In this document: in pieces, positions 26,365-39,782 of the stretch | Layout: each line of letters starts with the position of its first letter | Position numbering within the stretch: the stretch's first letter is position 1 | Source of the DNA: Octopus sinensis | Lineage: Eukaryota | DNA length: 64,000 nt | Direction of reading: 5' to 3' | Assembly: GCF_006345805.1 (NCBI RefSeq) | Contig: NC_043002.1 | Coordinates: 31,620,001 to 31,684,000, forward strand | Notes under the pieces: model-generated | Told to the model about the DNA's origin: nothing | The model's input: only the letters and a program-made list of their open reading frames with translations | Database searches by the model: none | Made by a program: the position numbers and the translations under genes

Positions 26365-27110
26365 GAGGAGTAGATAAGAAGGAAGAGGAAGGAAAGAAGA
26401 GAGAGGAGGAGGGGAGAGGAAGGGGAGGAGGAAGGGGGAGAGGAAGGAGGAGAGGAAGGAGAAGGAGGAAGGAGAAGGAGGAAGGACGAGGATGGTGAAA
26501 TGGAGAAGAGGAAAAGGAAGAGGAGGTGAAGACGAGGGAAGGAAGGGAAAGGGAAGAGGTGTAGAGTAAAGTGAGAAGGGTGGAGGTGACGAAGGGTATG
26601 AGCGAGAGGAGAAGGAAGGAGAGGAGAAGGGAAGGGAAGGAGAATGGGTGGAGAAGAGGAAGTGGGACTAGGGGGGAAGGAAGAGGAAAAGGAAGAGGAA
26701 GAGAGGGAAAGTAAGGGAAGGGAAGGAGAAGAGTAAGTAGTGAAAAAGGATAGGAAAGAAGAAGAGAAAAAGAAGGCAGGAGATGAGGGGAGGATAAAGT
26801 GAAAGTTGAAGAGAAAAAATTAAGGAAGATGAAGAAAAGAGAAGAGTGGAGGGGAGAATCAGAGGAGGAAAAAGGAAGAAAAATTGAAGTAGAAGTAGAA
26901 GAAATAGGAGGAGGAAGAGGGAAAGAACTAAAGAGGGGAAGTGGAGGCAGAAGAGGCGGAAGAGAAACGGGGGAAGATGTGTAGGAGAGGGAGAGAAAGG
27001 TGGGAAGGAAGAAGAAGAAGAAGGGTAGGAGAGAGAGTGGAAGTGGATGAGGGGATGACAGAGAGGCGATGGTGGGACGAGAAGGAGGAGGGGTATTTTG
27101 ATGTTGATGA
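26365..27110. repeat. Polypurine (GA-rich) low-complexity tract of about 750 bp
   Basis: The plus strand is almost exclusively G/A with scattered T. Confidence 0.9.
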
Positions 27111-27452
27111 TGAGCATGATGGTGATGCTGAAGAACGATGGCTCTCTTCTCGAGGATGACGAAGAATTTGGATAGAGATAAAACTGCCATATCAATATTG
27201 GTGGTATTCCGGTAATGGTATGAGTGGTGTCACTTCAGAATTGGATTAAATAAGGAGACACAACAACTACAACAATAACAACTGCAATATTATTAACAAC
27301 TCAGACAACAAACACAACAACAACTGCAAAAACAACAAATTTATGTGGCCATTTCGTATGTTTGTTTAAATTGTGCTCCATTTAGACGGACATAACTTTT
27401 GTCATTGTTATATTTCTGTCTGTATAATCCGCCACAATCCGCTTTCTCGTAA

Positions 27453-27545
<93 letters not shown>

Positions 27546-27692
27546 CGATCTAACTCTTCGTTTTTCTCTCCTCTCCATCCTCCTCTTCTTGCTTTATCTG
27601 AGTGATTATATCTCTGTTTTTCTCGCATCTCCTCTATAATTTATTTTATTGTTTTGCTCTCATCCACAACGTGTGTCCCAAACGCCCGGGCA

Positions 27693-27803
27693 GGGCGTGG
27701 CCCGGTAGGAGATGGTGAAGGCCAAAAGGAATTTCCTAGAACAGCCAATCATTGATGAACATTATTATGATTCATGTCCGGTCCGAATGCACTTTCTATA
27801 AAT
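27693..27803 (+). promoter_or_regulatory. Possible Pol II promoter: GC box, CCAAT box and TATA-like motif in textbook order
   Basis: GGGCGTGGC at 27693, AGCCAATCA at 27743 and TATAAAT at 27797. No downstream gene is supported. Confidence 0.2.
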
Positions 27804-28488
27804 CCGCCTTCAAGGTCCTATATTGTTTAAACGTGACCTGACTACGGCTCGGCTTCATTTAAGCAACCGATATTAATTCACATCTCAAGGTTATTGCTTT
27901 CGCTTCTGGTTCTGCTGTTGTTGCAGCTGTGCAGGCTGCCGTATTTGCTACTGCTTCTGTTTTTAATGCTGTTGCAGTCTTATTTATTTATGTTGTTGTT
28001 TTTTTTTTGTAGTTTTCGTTGTTGTAGTTGTTGTTCTTTAACAGTCATATGAAAGAAATATACAGTATTGAATTTTGAGAGCCGCGGCGAGTATTGTTCA
28101 ATATTCTGTGTATAATGGAATGCAATGTAGAGGGAGGCGAAGCAGCATAGTATAGGCCAACATATTGTAGTGTAAATAAAATTCGTAATGTAGTGTGAGT
28201 GTATACAACATAACGTAATGCAGTGTTATTCTTGGAATTGCCATAATGTTTCTTACTTCAAATATATATATATATATGTTCCAAACGCGAAATACATTGC
28301 AATATTTCACATTTTCAATATTCACAGATTAGATTCCTTTTTATTACAGAAAAATATACCATTCACGTGATAATATGTTGAATTAAGACGCATTATCAAA
28401 CTAAAGATTCCACATATATCGTTGGCTAAGAGGATTGTAAACACAAATACAAATGTAGCAAATTTTAATTTATCTTAAAAATACGCAG

Positions 28489-28553
<65 letters not shown>

Positions 28554-28635
28554 TATATATTGAACAGACACACACACATATATATGTATATATTAACATA
28601 TACATATATACATACACACATATATATGTACATGA

Positions 28636-28715
<80 letters not shown>

Positions 28716-28734
28716 TGGATACATACATAGGAAT

Positions 28735-29195
28735 GAAGAAAAACAATGGAGATTGGGAAGTTAATAATTGCTTATTATTAACAACAAATCGATCGTCATA
28801 CCTTCAAGCTGTTTTAATTAATACTCAATAAATTAATTAAATATCAAATTCATATGCCCTGGGCATAATATCTTCAGAGGGAAAAAATATACCCTTGAAT
28901 ATTTTAGATGTGTTTATGAATTCGTTATAGCAGACTAAATGATACAGTTTATGATTCGTATTATTATGTGTTCGGGCGAAGGTTTTGCAGGCTGGTTGGA
29001 GACCGTATTCATAAACACATATATAAAACATGCAGGGGTATATGTTTTCCCCTCTGAAGATATTATGCTCAGCGCATGTGCATTTAATATATAGTTAAAT
29101 TAACTGAGTATTAATTGAAAAGGCTGTTAGAAATGATGATTGATTTGTTAATAAACAATTATTAACTTCCTAATCTCTATTTGCTGTTTCTTTTA
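28735..29195. mobile_element. MITE-like fold-back element with inverted arms of about 170 bp
   Basis: 28749-28920 and 29008-29177 are reverse complements, for example GCATAATATCTTCAGAGG / CCTCTGAAGATATTATGC and GAAGTTAATAATTG / CAATTATTAACTTC. The element sits between (TA)/(GA) tracts. Confidence 0.8.
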
Positions 29196-29428
29196 TATTA
29201 ATATGAAGTATATGATTTTATATATATATATATATACCTATTATTTTTAGGAAATTCCTCCAAAACTTTAGCTATTGAACCGGTATTTCTCTACATGAGG
29301 CTAACATAACCTCAAATCGAATTTGATACAGCAATCTTGGGAATATACATATACTTATATAAATATACATATATATACATATATATATATATATACATTT
29401 ATGTCTACTATATACATATACATATACG

Positions 29429-29499
<71 letters not shown>

Positions 29500-30336
29500 A
29501 AAAAATGAAGTTCGAAAATGCTGCTGTATTATACAATTTTTAATTTTTATATATATACATTATAACATGTTTCAGTTCCTGAATATATATATACGCATGT
29601 ATGTATGTATGTATGTATGTATGTATGTATGTATGTATGTATGTATGTATGTATGTATGTATGTATGTATGTATGCATGTATATATGTATGTATATAGCA
29701 AGTGAGTTTAAACTGCTGCCATGCCTGGCAACACGTGGTCTAGTGGTCTCAGAGCTAAGGTAACAGAGGTTATCTCACGTTTGCAATAGATAGCGAGTGC
29801 GAGAAGTGAACTCAATAAACCAGCTGGAGGAGATGCTTCCTAGGGTTAAATGGCAGTATCGTCATATCTTAGATGACGGCCACATGAAAGTGGCCTTAAC
29901 CAAATTTTATATATGTATATATATCATGCGCACACAACAAGACTGAGACCTTGCGACACTTCAATTTAAGTAAACTGTTCATGAATGAAAATTTCACACT
30001 TCAAAATCAGTTCTCTGCCTGCAAGTTATACTTATATGTAAGCAAAAGGACTTCATTTTAGGAAGCTCCGAGGAAGCTGTAAGGCAATTCTACTCAGATC
30101 TGAGTAGAAACAGCTCTCCACTAATGAAATTCTTTGCACAATTTCTTTTGTCGTTTAATTTCATGATGATGTTTTGACTACAACTGACAAGAAAAGAGCA
30201 CGTCCATATCGTGTCTGTAAATTTTTCGTTATTTTCTTTTTTACGCACTGTTCAACTTTTATATGTTATGTGTATGTATACACATGTATGTATGTACGTA
30301 TGATTTCATGCTTGTATATATATTTATATATATATA

Positions 30337-30540
30337 GTTAATCCAAACATGAACAAAGAGAAAATATAGCAACGCGAGGACGTGGAACAAGTATAGTGTT
30401 ATTGGACGCTCAGGAAAGGAAAGAAAGAAAGGGGATTTAACGTTTCGAGCGCAGCTTTCCGTCAGAAACATAGAAAAAGGAAAGGTCCAAGGAAGGGAAG
30501 ACGGCAAAAGAAAATCGCCGACGAATACACATGCGGTCAC
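30337..30540 (-). mobile_element. Short family E element (Penelope-like end) with a degenerate hammerhead at 30435-30469
   Basis: The reverse complement closely matches 49347-49508, including CCGTCTTCCCTT, TATGTTTCTGACG, GCTCGAAACGT, TTCCTGAGCGTCCAATAA and TTTGGATTAAC. Confidence 0.8.
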
Positions 30541-30542
30541 AT

Positions 30543-30585
<43 letters not shown>

Positions 30586-30613
30586 TTTATTTATTTATAT
30601 ATATATATATATA

Positions 30614-30666
<53 letters not shown>

Positions 30667-31497
30667 TGGTGCTATTAAGTTAGACATGGCCTGGACCAAT
30701 CTCTGGTCGAAACATATCTAAGTTTTATCTAAGTTTTATATATATAATATATATATATATATATAATAAAGATACTAAAGAACTAACACTGCAACATTGA
30801 TTTTGCTCTTCATAGTCAATTAAATGATATATCAGTTAATTAAGTTATTTATGTACCCGATATGGGTGCATTACGTTATTGCTCTATTGTTGTTGCTGTT
30901 GTTGGTGTTACTGCCGTTTAAACAATCTCACGAAAGAGATTACTGTATTCCGAGAGCCAGCTGGGAATAATGTTAGGCTTCCTATTTATATTGGAAAGTA
31001 TGTTGGAGACAACAACCATACAAAAATAGTGTGTGGTAGAGTAGAGTGTTGTGAAATGAAGTAGAACGATATTACAGATACTTCAAGCTGCAACAATCGG
31101 TAGCTCACCCAGAGTCGGACCATGTGCAAAATGATTGGATGATGTCCATAGTCTGTTAGTCAATCTTCAGAATAAAATGGGAAAGTTTAATAGCAATTGC
31201 TTTTTATAGGAGCCTGTGTAGGAGGTGACTGAGGGGTCTATGTCACTTACCGTCCTAGGAATAGTGGGCGGCGAAAATGAATGTATAGAATATTAATATT
31301 TAAGTATTAAGACTGTACAGTAATATTGCTTGAAGCATTGTGTCACATGAAAGCTAAGATTCTAACAATATTACAGGAAGATATCATTCAGGCACAAAGG
31401 CTCGTCATCAGAAGCATACGCTCTAGAAATGTGAGTTTATATAAATACTGCTATACACGCACACACAAACACACACACACATTCACACGCATATGCA

Positions 31498-31542
<45 letters not shown>

Positions 31543-31957
31543 TGTGTGTGTGTGTGTGTGTGACTGTGTGCCTGTAAAACCATAAGGTCATGACCTATGT
31601 GAGGTGAATATGTATATCGATGTAACTAAGTGACTGCCATAGGATTAAAGATATATTCACCTCTGATACCTCCTGACTTTATGGCTCTATATACTCCTTT
31701 TCAAATAATTTCATCGCTCGTGTTTTCTGGATTATTATTTGTATGGACGCTCTGCATTACACTTTTCGTTACTGATTACTGTGTAGACTGATAGCCGACT
31801 CCATAAGGGAAGCTTTGTGTGATCATTGCACGATACACAAAATCATCATCTTACAATATTCAGTTCTCTTTCCAACCCTCTCCCTCTCTTTCGCTTTCTC
31901 TCACTCACTATGTGCGTGTATATATGTAATATATATTTGTGTATATTATATATATAT

Positions 31958-32002
<45 letters not shown>

Positions 32003-32080
32003 TAATATATATATAATTGTATATTTATATATATATATGTATATTTATATATATATACATATATATATACATATATATTA

Positions 32081-32154
<74 letters not shown>

Positions 32155-33329
32155 TATACATATATATAATATATATGTTATATATATGTATATATATATA
32201 TGTATATATGTATATATATATATGTATAACGTAAAATTTAGAGCGAAATTATGTCTGCCTCCGTGCATGTGTTCGTGTGCGCGTGAGAGTGTGTTGTGTA
32301 TGTATGTAAATTGGCATAAATTAAAATCTACGTTCATTAGTTGTATTCATATGTGCCTGTTTATATGTGCCTACGTGTATATGACGTGGATCAACGTGTA
32401 TAATAATTATGTATAACTTCAAGACGTGAACCACCTCTGTTTGTCTTAGCATGTCTGTATATGTGATATTGTGTAAGCCCCTGTCTGAGTTACAGCCGAA
32501 ACTTGGCACTAAATGTAATTAGAGGAGGCCGGTTCAAGGTTGGGTATTGTAGGGGGTTGCAGTATTATAGAGATTGGCCTCGGCTTAACAGGATTCAATA
32601 CCTCCGTCAGTCACATGTATTGCAAGCGGGGCATGCCCAGCCTTCGTAAATGTAATTATGAAAATATTTTAAGGGTCAATAAAACCTGGCTTGTATTTTT
32701 TCCTCTCTTTTTCTTTTTCTCTCTTTTCAGATCGGGGGCGGTGGGAATGTGGGGTGCAATCGAAGTAAATGAACTAATACAACAAAAACGCGCGAAAAAA
32801 GGAAAGACAGAAAAAAGAAAGAACAGAAACGAAAGAAATATTAAAAACAAATATTAAACATGCAAAATACGAACAAGGTTAACAACAACAACAACAACAA
32901 AAACAACTACCACAGCAACAACAATAACCAACTATAAAAAATACATTAACAAAAGTATTCACAAGCATCACCACCGCCAACTCCACCAACGACAACGACA
33001 TTAACTGTAAATCAAAGAATGAGAAGACACAGGACAGAATATCGAGATATTGTATGTGGTTGATTAATCTGCTAGAAAGAACAGCTGAGTTAAACACGCT
33101 TTTATTTTAAAATATTGGAACGTGTTGGATAAAACAGTGCAGTGTAATTTAGATAAACAATAGCAGAAATGTAACGGCGTGGTCATGGTTGGAACACCGC
33201 TGATCTTGTATATATAATCAATTAGCGTTGAACTGGGGTAAACAAAGACAATACGGATAACTGAATAGAAGCAGCAGCAGAAATAATAATAGTTTGTATA
33301 AATATAACAGTGGTAATACCATTCCTACT

Positions 33330-33760
33330 ACCACCAACACCACGACCTCTACCACTACCGTTAGCACCACCGTCCCCACAATAATAATCATCATCATCAT
33401 CATCATCATCATTATCATCATCATCAAAATCACAAAAATCACCACCACAACCTTCAGCACTACCACCCAAACTATCAATACTACTACCATTAGCACCTTC
33501 ACCATCACCACCGCCATCACCAATACCATCACCACCCCCACCGCTAGCACAGCCATCGCCGCTACCACGCCCATGACCACCACTGTCAACACCATCACTA
33601 CTGTCCTTACCACCAACACCAACACTAGCAAACTTATCACCACCGCCATCACCAACTTCACCAACACCATTACAACCACCATCACTTTCGACACCGTTGC
33701 CACCAACACCGCCACCATCAGTACCACTACCATGATCCCTACTGGCTTCGTTAGCACAGC
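33330..33760. repeat. Degenerate (ACC/ATC)n trinucleotide tract
   Basis: In-phase ACC-type triplets that give Thr-rich and Val/Gly-rich ORFs on both strands. Confidence 0.8.
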
Positions 33761-34384
33761 CAGCCCACCACGGAATCACTGCCGCACAAGACAGCGCCAC
33801 CAACGGCAGCACACGAGCAAGAATTGAAAAAAAAACAAGAGCAAGAACACCAATGGCATGAAAAGAACTCGAATCGACGATGGAACCAATAAGAGAGCGA
33901 AAAAAAAAAAACGAAAACATAGATGACAACGGCAAGGAAACTTAAGACAACAACAGCAACAACAACATTACAAAAATGTATGCTCGTATCATCAAGAAAC
34001 AAAACCAACAATTACAATAACAACAACAGCAATAACAACACAATAGTTAAAAAGATGGCACCAACAATCTTCAATGGTTGTAACTTGCTCAGTAGCAATA
34101 AAAGAAACACTACTACTACTACTACAACCGCCAGCGATGAAGTACTACTATTGATGAGCTTTAATTCCAAGTGAAATTGGCTTGCCAATACAGTACTCTC
34201 GATCGCTATGTGGTGGTTAACTCCCCTATCAGTACATAGACTTCTGCTTTGCTTGTGGCTATAAGGGACTTTGAATTTGTGCAACTCGGCACTCTCAGTC
34301 ACTATTAGTGACAAAGGAATTTCTCCTTTTTGGCTTTATATTGCTCCTAGCCACCTTTCTTATATTATATTATTATACATATAG

Positions 34385-34503
34385 ACACAGGAGTGGTTTT
34401 GGGACAAGAAGCTTGCTTCTGAACCACACGATTTCAGGTTCAGTTCTACTGCGTGGCAGCTTACGCAAGTGTCTACTACTATTGCCTCGGGTCGACCAAA
34501 GCC

Positions 34504-34537
<34 letters not shown>

Positions 34538-34765
34538 TGTGTGTGTGTGTGTGTGTGTGTGTATTTGTGTGTCTGTGCTTGTCCCTTCACAATCGCTTGA
34601 CCACCGATGTTGGTGTGATTACGTCCCCGTAATTTAGCCGTTTGGCAATAGCGACCGTTAGAATAAGTACTACACTTTCAAAGAATAAATACTGGGGTCC
34701 ATTTGTTCGACTAAAGGTAATGCTGCAGCATGGCCGTGGTCATATGACTGAAACGATTAAAAGAA
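34385..34765 (+). mobile_element. SINE family D with an internal (TA)n(TG)n tract
   Basis: GAAGCTTGCTTC..ACCAC..GGTTCAGTTCTACTGCGTGGCA, CTACTATTGCCTCGGG and the 3' end GCAGCATGGCCG..ATGACTGAAAC. Confidence 0.8.
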
Positions 34766-35603
34766 TTTTTATATATATATATATATATAATACTTCGACC
34801 GACTGCTAACCAGTTGAAAGTAGCTCGTTGCAAATGCAAGTGCTAGTTTTCTATGCAGCAGAAACGTACGTCAAGCAAATTTAAAACTAAATATGTTGTA
34901 GAATTAACTGTAGAAATAAAGCGTATGCACTTGTAGAAATTAATTCAATCATCGTTTTGACTTCTTATGCCTTCGGTGTTCTTGCTCTTGCTTTTCTTCA
35001 TTTATTCTCCTCTCCCCTTCACCGTTCTCCCCCTCTCTCTCTCTCAATCTTCCTCCTTGACTTTCTCGTTGCTCTCACGTGACCTACAGCTATTTATCTT
35101 TTTATCTTCCACATTCTTCCTAAATACAAGACGTGCTTTTGCCTGTCTCTTCTCAAAGCTCGCTTTTCCAGCGTTCACCACTTCACCTCGTTATGGCTTA
35201 ACAGCCCTCACCGTCTGATTATACTGTTTCGTTTTTACTGTCCTGTTTTTGTTACCACTTTACTATTCCGCAAAATATCTCAAATCTTATCTAATATGCT
35301 TATAGGGAAGGACTGTTTTAAAGAAGTCGCGTCTTGTCCCCACCTTCGAAACGCAGAGTAGATAAAACAGAGGACAACTGAGGAAGGGAATGTTCTTTAT
35401 GTTGGCTTCTCGTTTCTCTATTTGTTCCTTTCGTTGTTCGAAAAAAAAGTTCGTTTTCCATGCTTTTGTTTTTTATGTTCTTGTTTCTCATTTTGTTCAC
35501 GTTTTTTTATGTCTTGTACCCATATATGCATGTATATATACATATGTAGGCAAGTGCATGTATTGTTGTATTTAGGCATATATGTATATATATAATATAT
35601 ATA

Positions 35604-35647
<44 letters not shown>

Positions 35648-36691
35648 TGTGTGTGTGTGTGTGTGTGTGGTGTGTGTATTTGTGGTGTCTGTGCTTGTCC
35701 CTTCACAATCGCTTGACCACCGATGTTGGTGTGATTACGTCCCCGTAATTTAGCCGTTTGGCAATAGCGACCGTTAGAATAAGTACTACACTTTCACTTC
35801 AAAGAATAAATACTGGGTCCATTTGTTCGACTAAAGGTAATGCTGCAGCATGGCCGTGGTCATATGACTGAAACGATTAAAAGAATTTTTATATATATAT
35901 ATCTATATAATACTTCGACCGACTGCTAACCAGTTGAAAGTAGCTCGTTGCAAATGCAAGTGCTAGTTTTCTATGCAGCAGAAACGTACGTCAAGCAATT
36001 TAAAACTAAATACGTTGTAGAATTAACTGTAGAAATAAAGCGTATGCACTTGTAGAATTAATTCAATCATCGTTTTGACTTCTTATGCCTTCGGTGTTCT
36101 TGCTCTTGCTTTTCTTCATTTATTCTCCTCTCCCCTTCAACCGTTCTCCCCCTCTCTCTCTCTCAATCTTCCTCCTTGACTTCTCGTTGCTCTCACGGAC
36201 CTACCTAGCTATTTATCTTTTTATCTTCCACATTCTTCCTAAATACAAGACGTGCTTTTGCCTTCCTTCTCAAAGCTCGCTTTTCCAGCGTTCACCACTT
36301 CACCTCGTTATGGCTTAACAGCCCTCACCGTCTGATTATACTGTTTCGTTTTTACTGTCCTGTTTTTGTTACACTTTACTATTCCGCAAAATATCTCAAA
36401 TCTTATCTAATATGCTTATAGGGAAGGACTGTTTTAAAGAAGTCGCGTCTTGTCCCCACCTTCGAAACCAGAGTAGATAAAACAGAGGCAACTGAGGAAG
36501 GGAATGTTCTTTATGTTGGCTTCTCGTTTCTCTATTTGTTCCTTCGTTGTTCGAAAAAAAAGTTCGTTTTCCACTTTTGTTTTTTATGTTCTTGTTTCTC
36601 ATTTTGTTCACGTTTTTTTATGTCTTGTACCCATATATGCATGTATATATACATATGTAGGCAAGTGCATGTATGTGTGTATTTAGGCATA

Positions 36692-36710
<19 letters not shown>
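34531..36710. repeat. Tandem duplication of about 1.11 kb (about 34531-35600 and 35648-36710)
   Basis: Offset is 1111-1116 bp throughout and the differences are mostly 1-nt indels. Confidence 0.95.
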
Positions 36711-36726
<16 letters not shown>

Positions 36727-36830
36727 TTATGATCGAACCATTATTATTATTATCTTTTTATCACAGATTTTGTTGGAGCTCCAGAAGTCACGCTGGTTTA
36801 GCGGGTTTACCACCTGTATCCTACGTTACC

Positions 36831-36892
<62 letters not shown>

Positions 36893-37204
36893 CATTATTT
36901 TTTTCATATAATGTCGTTGTTTATGCCTGACCAGAAATTTAACATTAGTTTCACGTCTACCATTGGCTATAGCAATATATACGCTAGAGGTAGATAAGCT
37001 CCTAAGTAATGGAGGTAAGAATATAGCGTTGATGAATACGGTTGTGAATAAAATTCCCGAAACGAAATTCTACGAAGCGAAAACCCCTTCTAGGGAAGAC
37101 GAAATCATCTGTTCTTGAACTGTTCAAATTGTGTCCGCAATAGTTCAGTTTATGTACAATTTCTATTCACTAGTCAGTAAAATTGGAAGTCCATGTCTAA
37201 AACA

Positions 37205-37470
37205 TTTATTTTTCTCATGAGCGCACCAGCTAAGCATCTCGCTTTTGGAAATTAAGAATGCCACCGGGTCAAGCGAATTTTTGAAAAATCCTTTCAGTCT
37301 CGGCCTAACAGGGTTTGCATCGTTTGCTCCCGTTGAAGCATGGTCCAGGCTTTTGTAGAAGCTTCCATTTAATCTTGTATGACGTTCCCTCTACTTTTAT
37401 ATGCAATTTGTATTTAAAGACGTAAAGTTGCCGCTTTCTAGGAGTCTAAGTGAAGACCTGTGGCTCTTTA
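37205..37470 (-). mobile_element. Penelope-like element ORF C-terminal (GIY-YIG region) relic
   Basis: Translates HRSSLRLLESGNFTS / KYKLHIKVEGTSYKIKWKLLQKPGPCFNGSKRCKPC*AETERI..ILN / SKSEMLSWCAHEK. This fits the PLE pattern H.SSF....T.LSKY.W.LK..Y.IKW.IL.K..Y.NGSKRC.LCL.EK...LN.RSE.S.C.H. Confidence 0.75.
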
Positions 37471-38252
37471 GTTCCCCTCCATACATTTTCGTGTATATAT
37501 GTTTGTGTGTGTGCGCGCGCGTGTGCGTGGGTGTGTTTGAGTGTGCATCATATATATATATTTATAATCATCGTCATCATCATCTTAATGCATCAGCTTC
37601 TATATTGGTAAGATTTTAACGTTTAGTTGAGCTTTCAGACAGTTTTTATACAATCTCCCCCTCCCTGTTAGATGTGTCGCTCATATATTTGATAATTGGC
37701 AAGGTGTTTGACATTTGAACTTCTTAGCATTAACTAGTTTGCTGAATATAGAGAGTACATTTAACATGACAACAGATTTTTGTAGTTTGCTACTAAAATC
37801 TGCCAAGCGTCCATTATTCAATCTTTGTTAGATGTAGTGACTCATTTGGCGAAATCTTATAAACTGAATGATTTCGAGATAGACATTTTCTTTCAAAACA
37901 AAAATAATTCTACTGTCTGCTGACTTTGTCATTCTTTCTGTTATTTTCTTCTATACTAGTCGTCTTCAACGTGATTTCAGCAATCAGGTAGGACGGGAAT
38001 CTTAGGAATCTTGGTTTCGTTCCTTTCTTTTCGTTCCATTTTTTGCGTTCATTTCTTCACGTCTTTTTCTTGTTTGTTTGTTTTTTTCCCGTTTTCCTTA
38101 TTTTCTTAATGTACACCTTCTTTACTATTAAAATATATACAATGCATAAAATACATAACGTATTTTATATATGTGGTTATTCAAGTATCATGAAATCATG
38201 AAATTATTAGTAGCTTTATCGGTTATGTATTAAATTGATAAATATATAAATA

Positions 38253-38283
<31 letters not shown>

Positions 38284-39071
38284 GTGTGTGTGTGTATGTG
38301 TGTTTGTGTGTTGCGTGTGTGTGTGTGTTTATATATATATATATATATATATATGCATATGTATATATATGTATATATATATATATGCATATATATATAT
38401 ATATATGAATATGTATATGCGTGTATATATGCATATATATTTGTATGTGTGTGGGGGGAGAGTGTGCAGCATCCACTAACATGGTACACTGACGAGATTA
38501 AATAAGGCTGAAACAAATCTCTGGCTTTCACTTATTTATTTCGAAAACCCGATCCACTCCCATTTGTTATTTTACCTATTTTCCAAAATTTCAGTTAATG
38601 GATGATATTCGAGTTGTTTCCCTTGCTGTTTATTGCCAGATGATGTGGTCCTCTAGAGGATGCTTTGTCTACTAATTGGATGTATAATCTCAGTTAATCA
38701 AGTTTTTCAACTCACTATGTTACGTGTGTAAAAGAAACCAACGTATTAGTGTTTATTATGTAGAAGGGTCCTCTGAGGTATTTTCTCTAAGCCATATTGT
38801 TGGTTTTCTTCAATTGAAGCTGATTTGATATTCACAGAAACAGAAATTACAGCAATAATGGCAAGAATTATAAAAAGAACTGGAAGAACAGCAAAAATAA
38901 CAGCGATATAACCATCAATAACAACAACAACAACAGTAAGTAATACTACTATCGCTGCTGCTGCTGCTACTACTACTACCACTACTACTACTGCTACTAC
39001 TACTACTACTTCAAGTAATACAATTACAGTAAGCAAGAAAGAAAATAATTAGGTTAACTGCAGATGTAGTG

Positions 39072-39111
<40 letters not shown>

Positions 39112-39744
39112 GAGGAGGGGGAGGAGGAGCATGACAAAAACGGTGTTGTTTTTGTGGTTGTTATTTAGCCGCAGGAGGGCTATACTCGGAACAGTCATAA
39201 TTAGGACTCCCTGCCGTGATCATCCGCTTTTTATTTAGGTATACACACATACGCACATACATAAATACATACATACTACATATATACATATATATATACA
39301 TATATATATATACATATATATATATACATATACATATACATATATAAAATATATATATCTATATATATATATATATATATATGTATATTATGTATGTGTG
39401 TGTATGACACTACAGTGTCCAATGTCTCGTTTTCGTATTAAAGACATCTTGTGTTTGATTTAACTGCGATTAAGCTTTATATGTATATATAATATATATA
39501 TATATATATAAGCTTTATATATATATATATATTTACATCCAGGTCGCAAAGACCACAACAACAACCGTGGTAGCAGCAATAGACGTGGGAGGAGTAGCGC
39601 CTACACTACCACAACCATCACTACCACCACCAGCAACAACAGCAACAGCAACAGCAACTAAAAAAATAGAAAGTAGCAAGAAATTAATCAATATAAAACA
39701 TCTATTTAAATTGTCATAGTTTGTATGCATGTGTGTGTATGCTG

Positions 39745-39782
<38 letters not shown>

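Noticed and set aside
26348-27195. 280-aa and 175-aa Leu/Ser/Pro/Phe ORFs
   Set aside because: A polypyrimidine strand cannot easily encode stop codons, so these are compositional artefacts.
33222-33935. 177-aa Thr-rich and 237-aa antisense ORFs as a mucin-like exon
   Set aside because: ACC-phase repeats rarely mutate to stops and are open on both strands, and no convincing splice or domain evidence exists.
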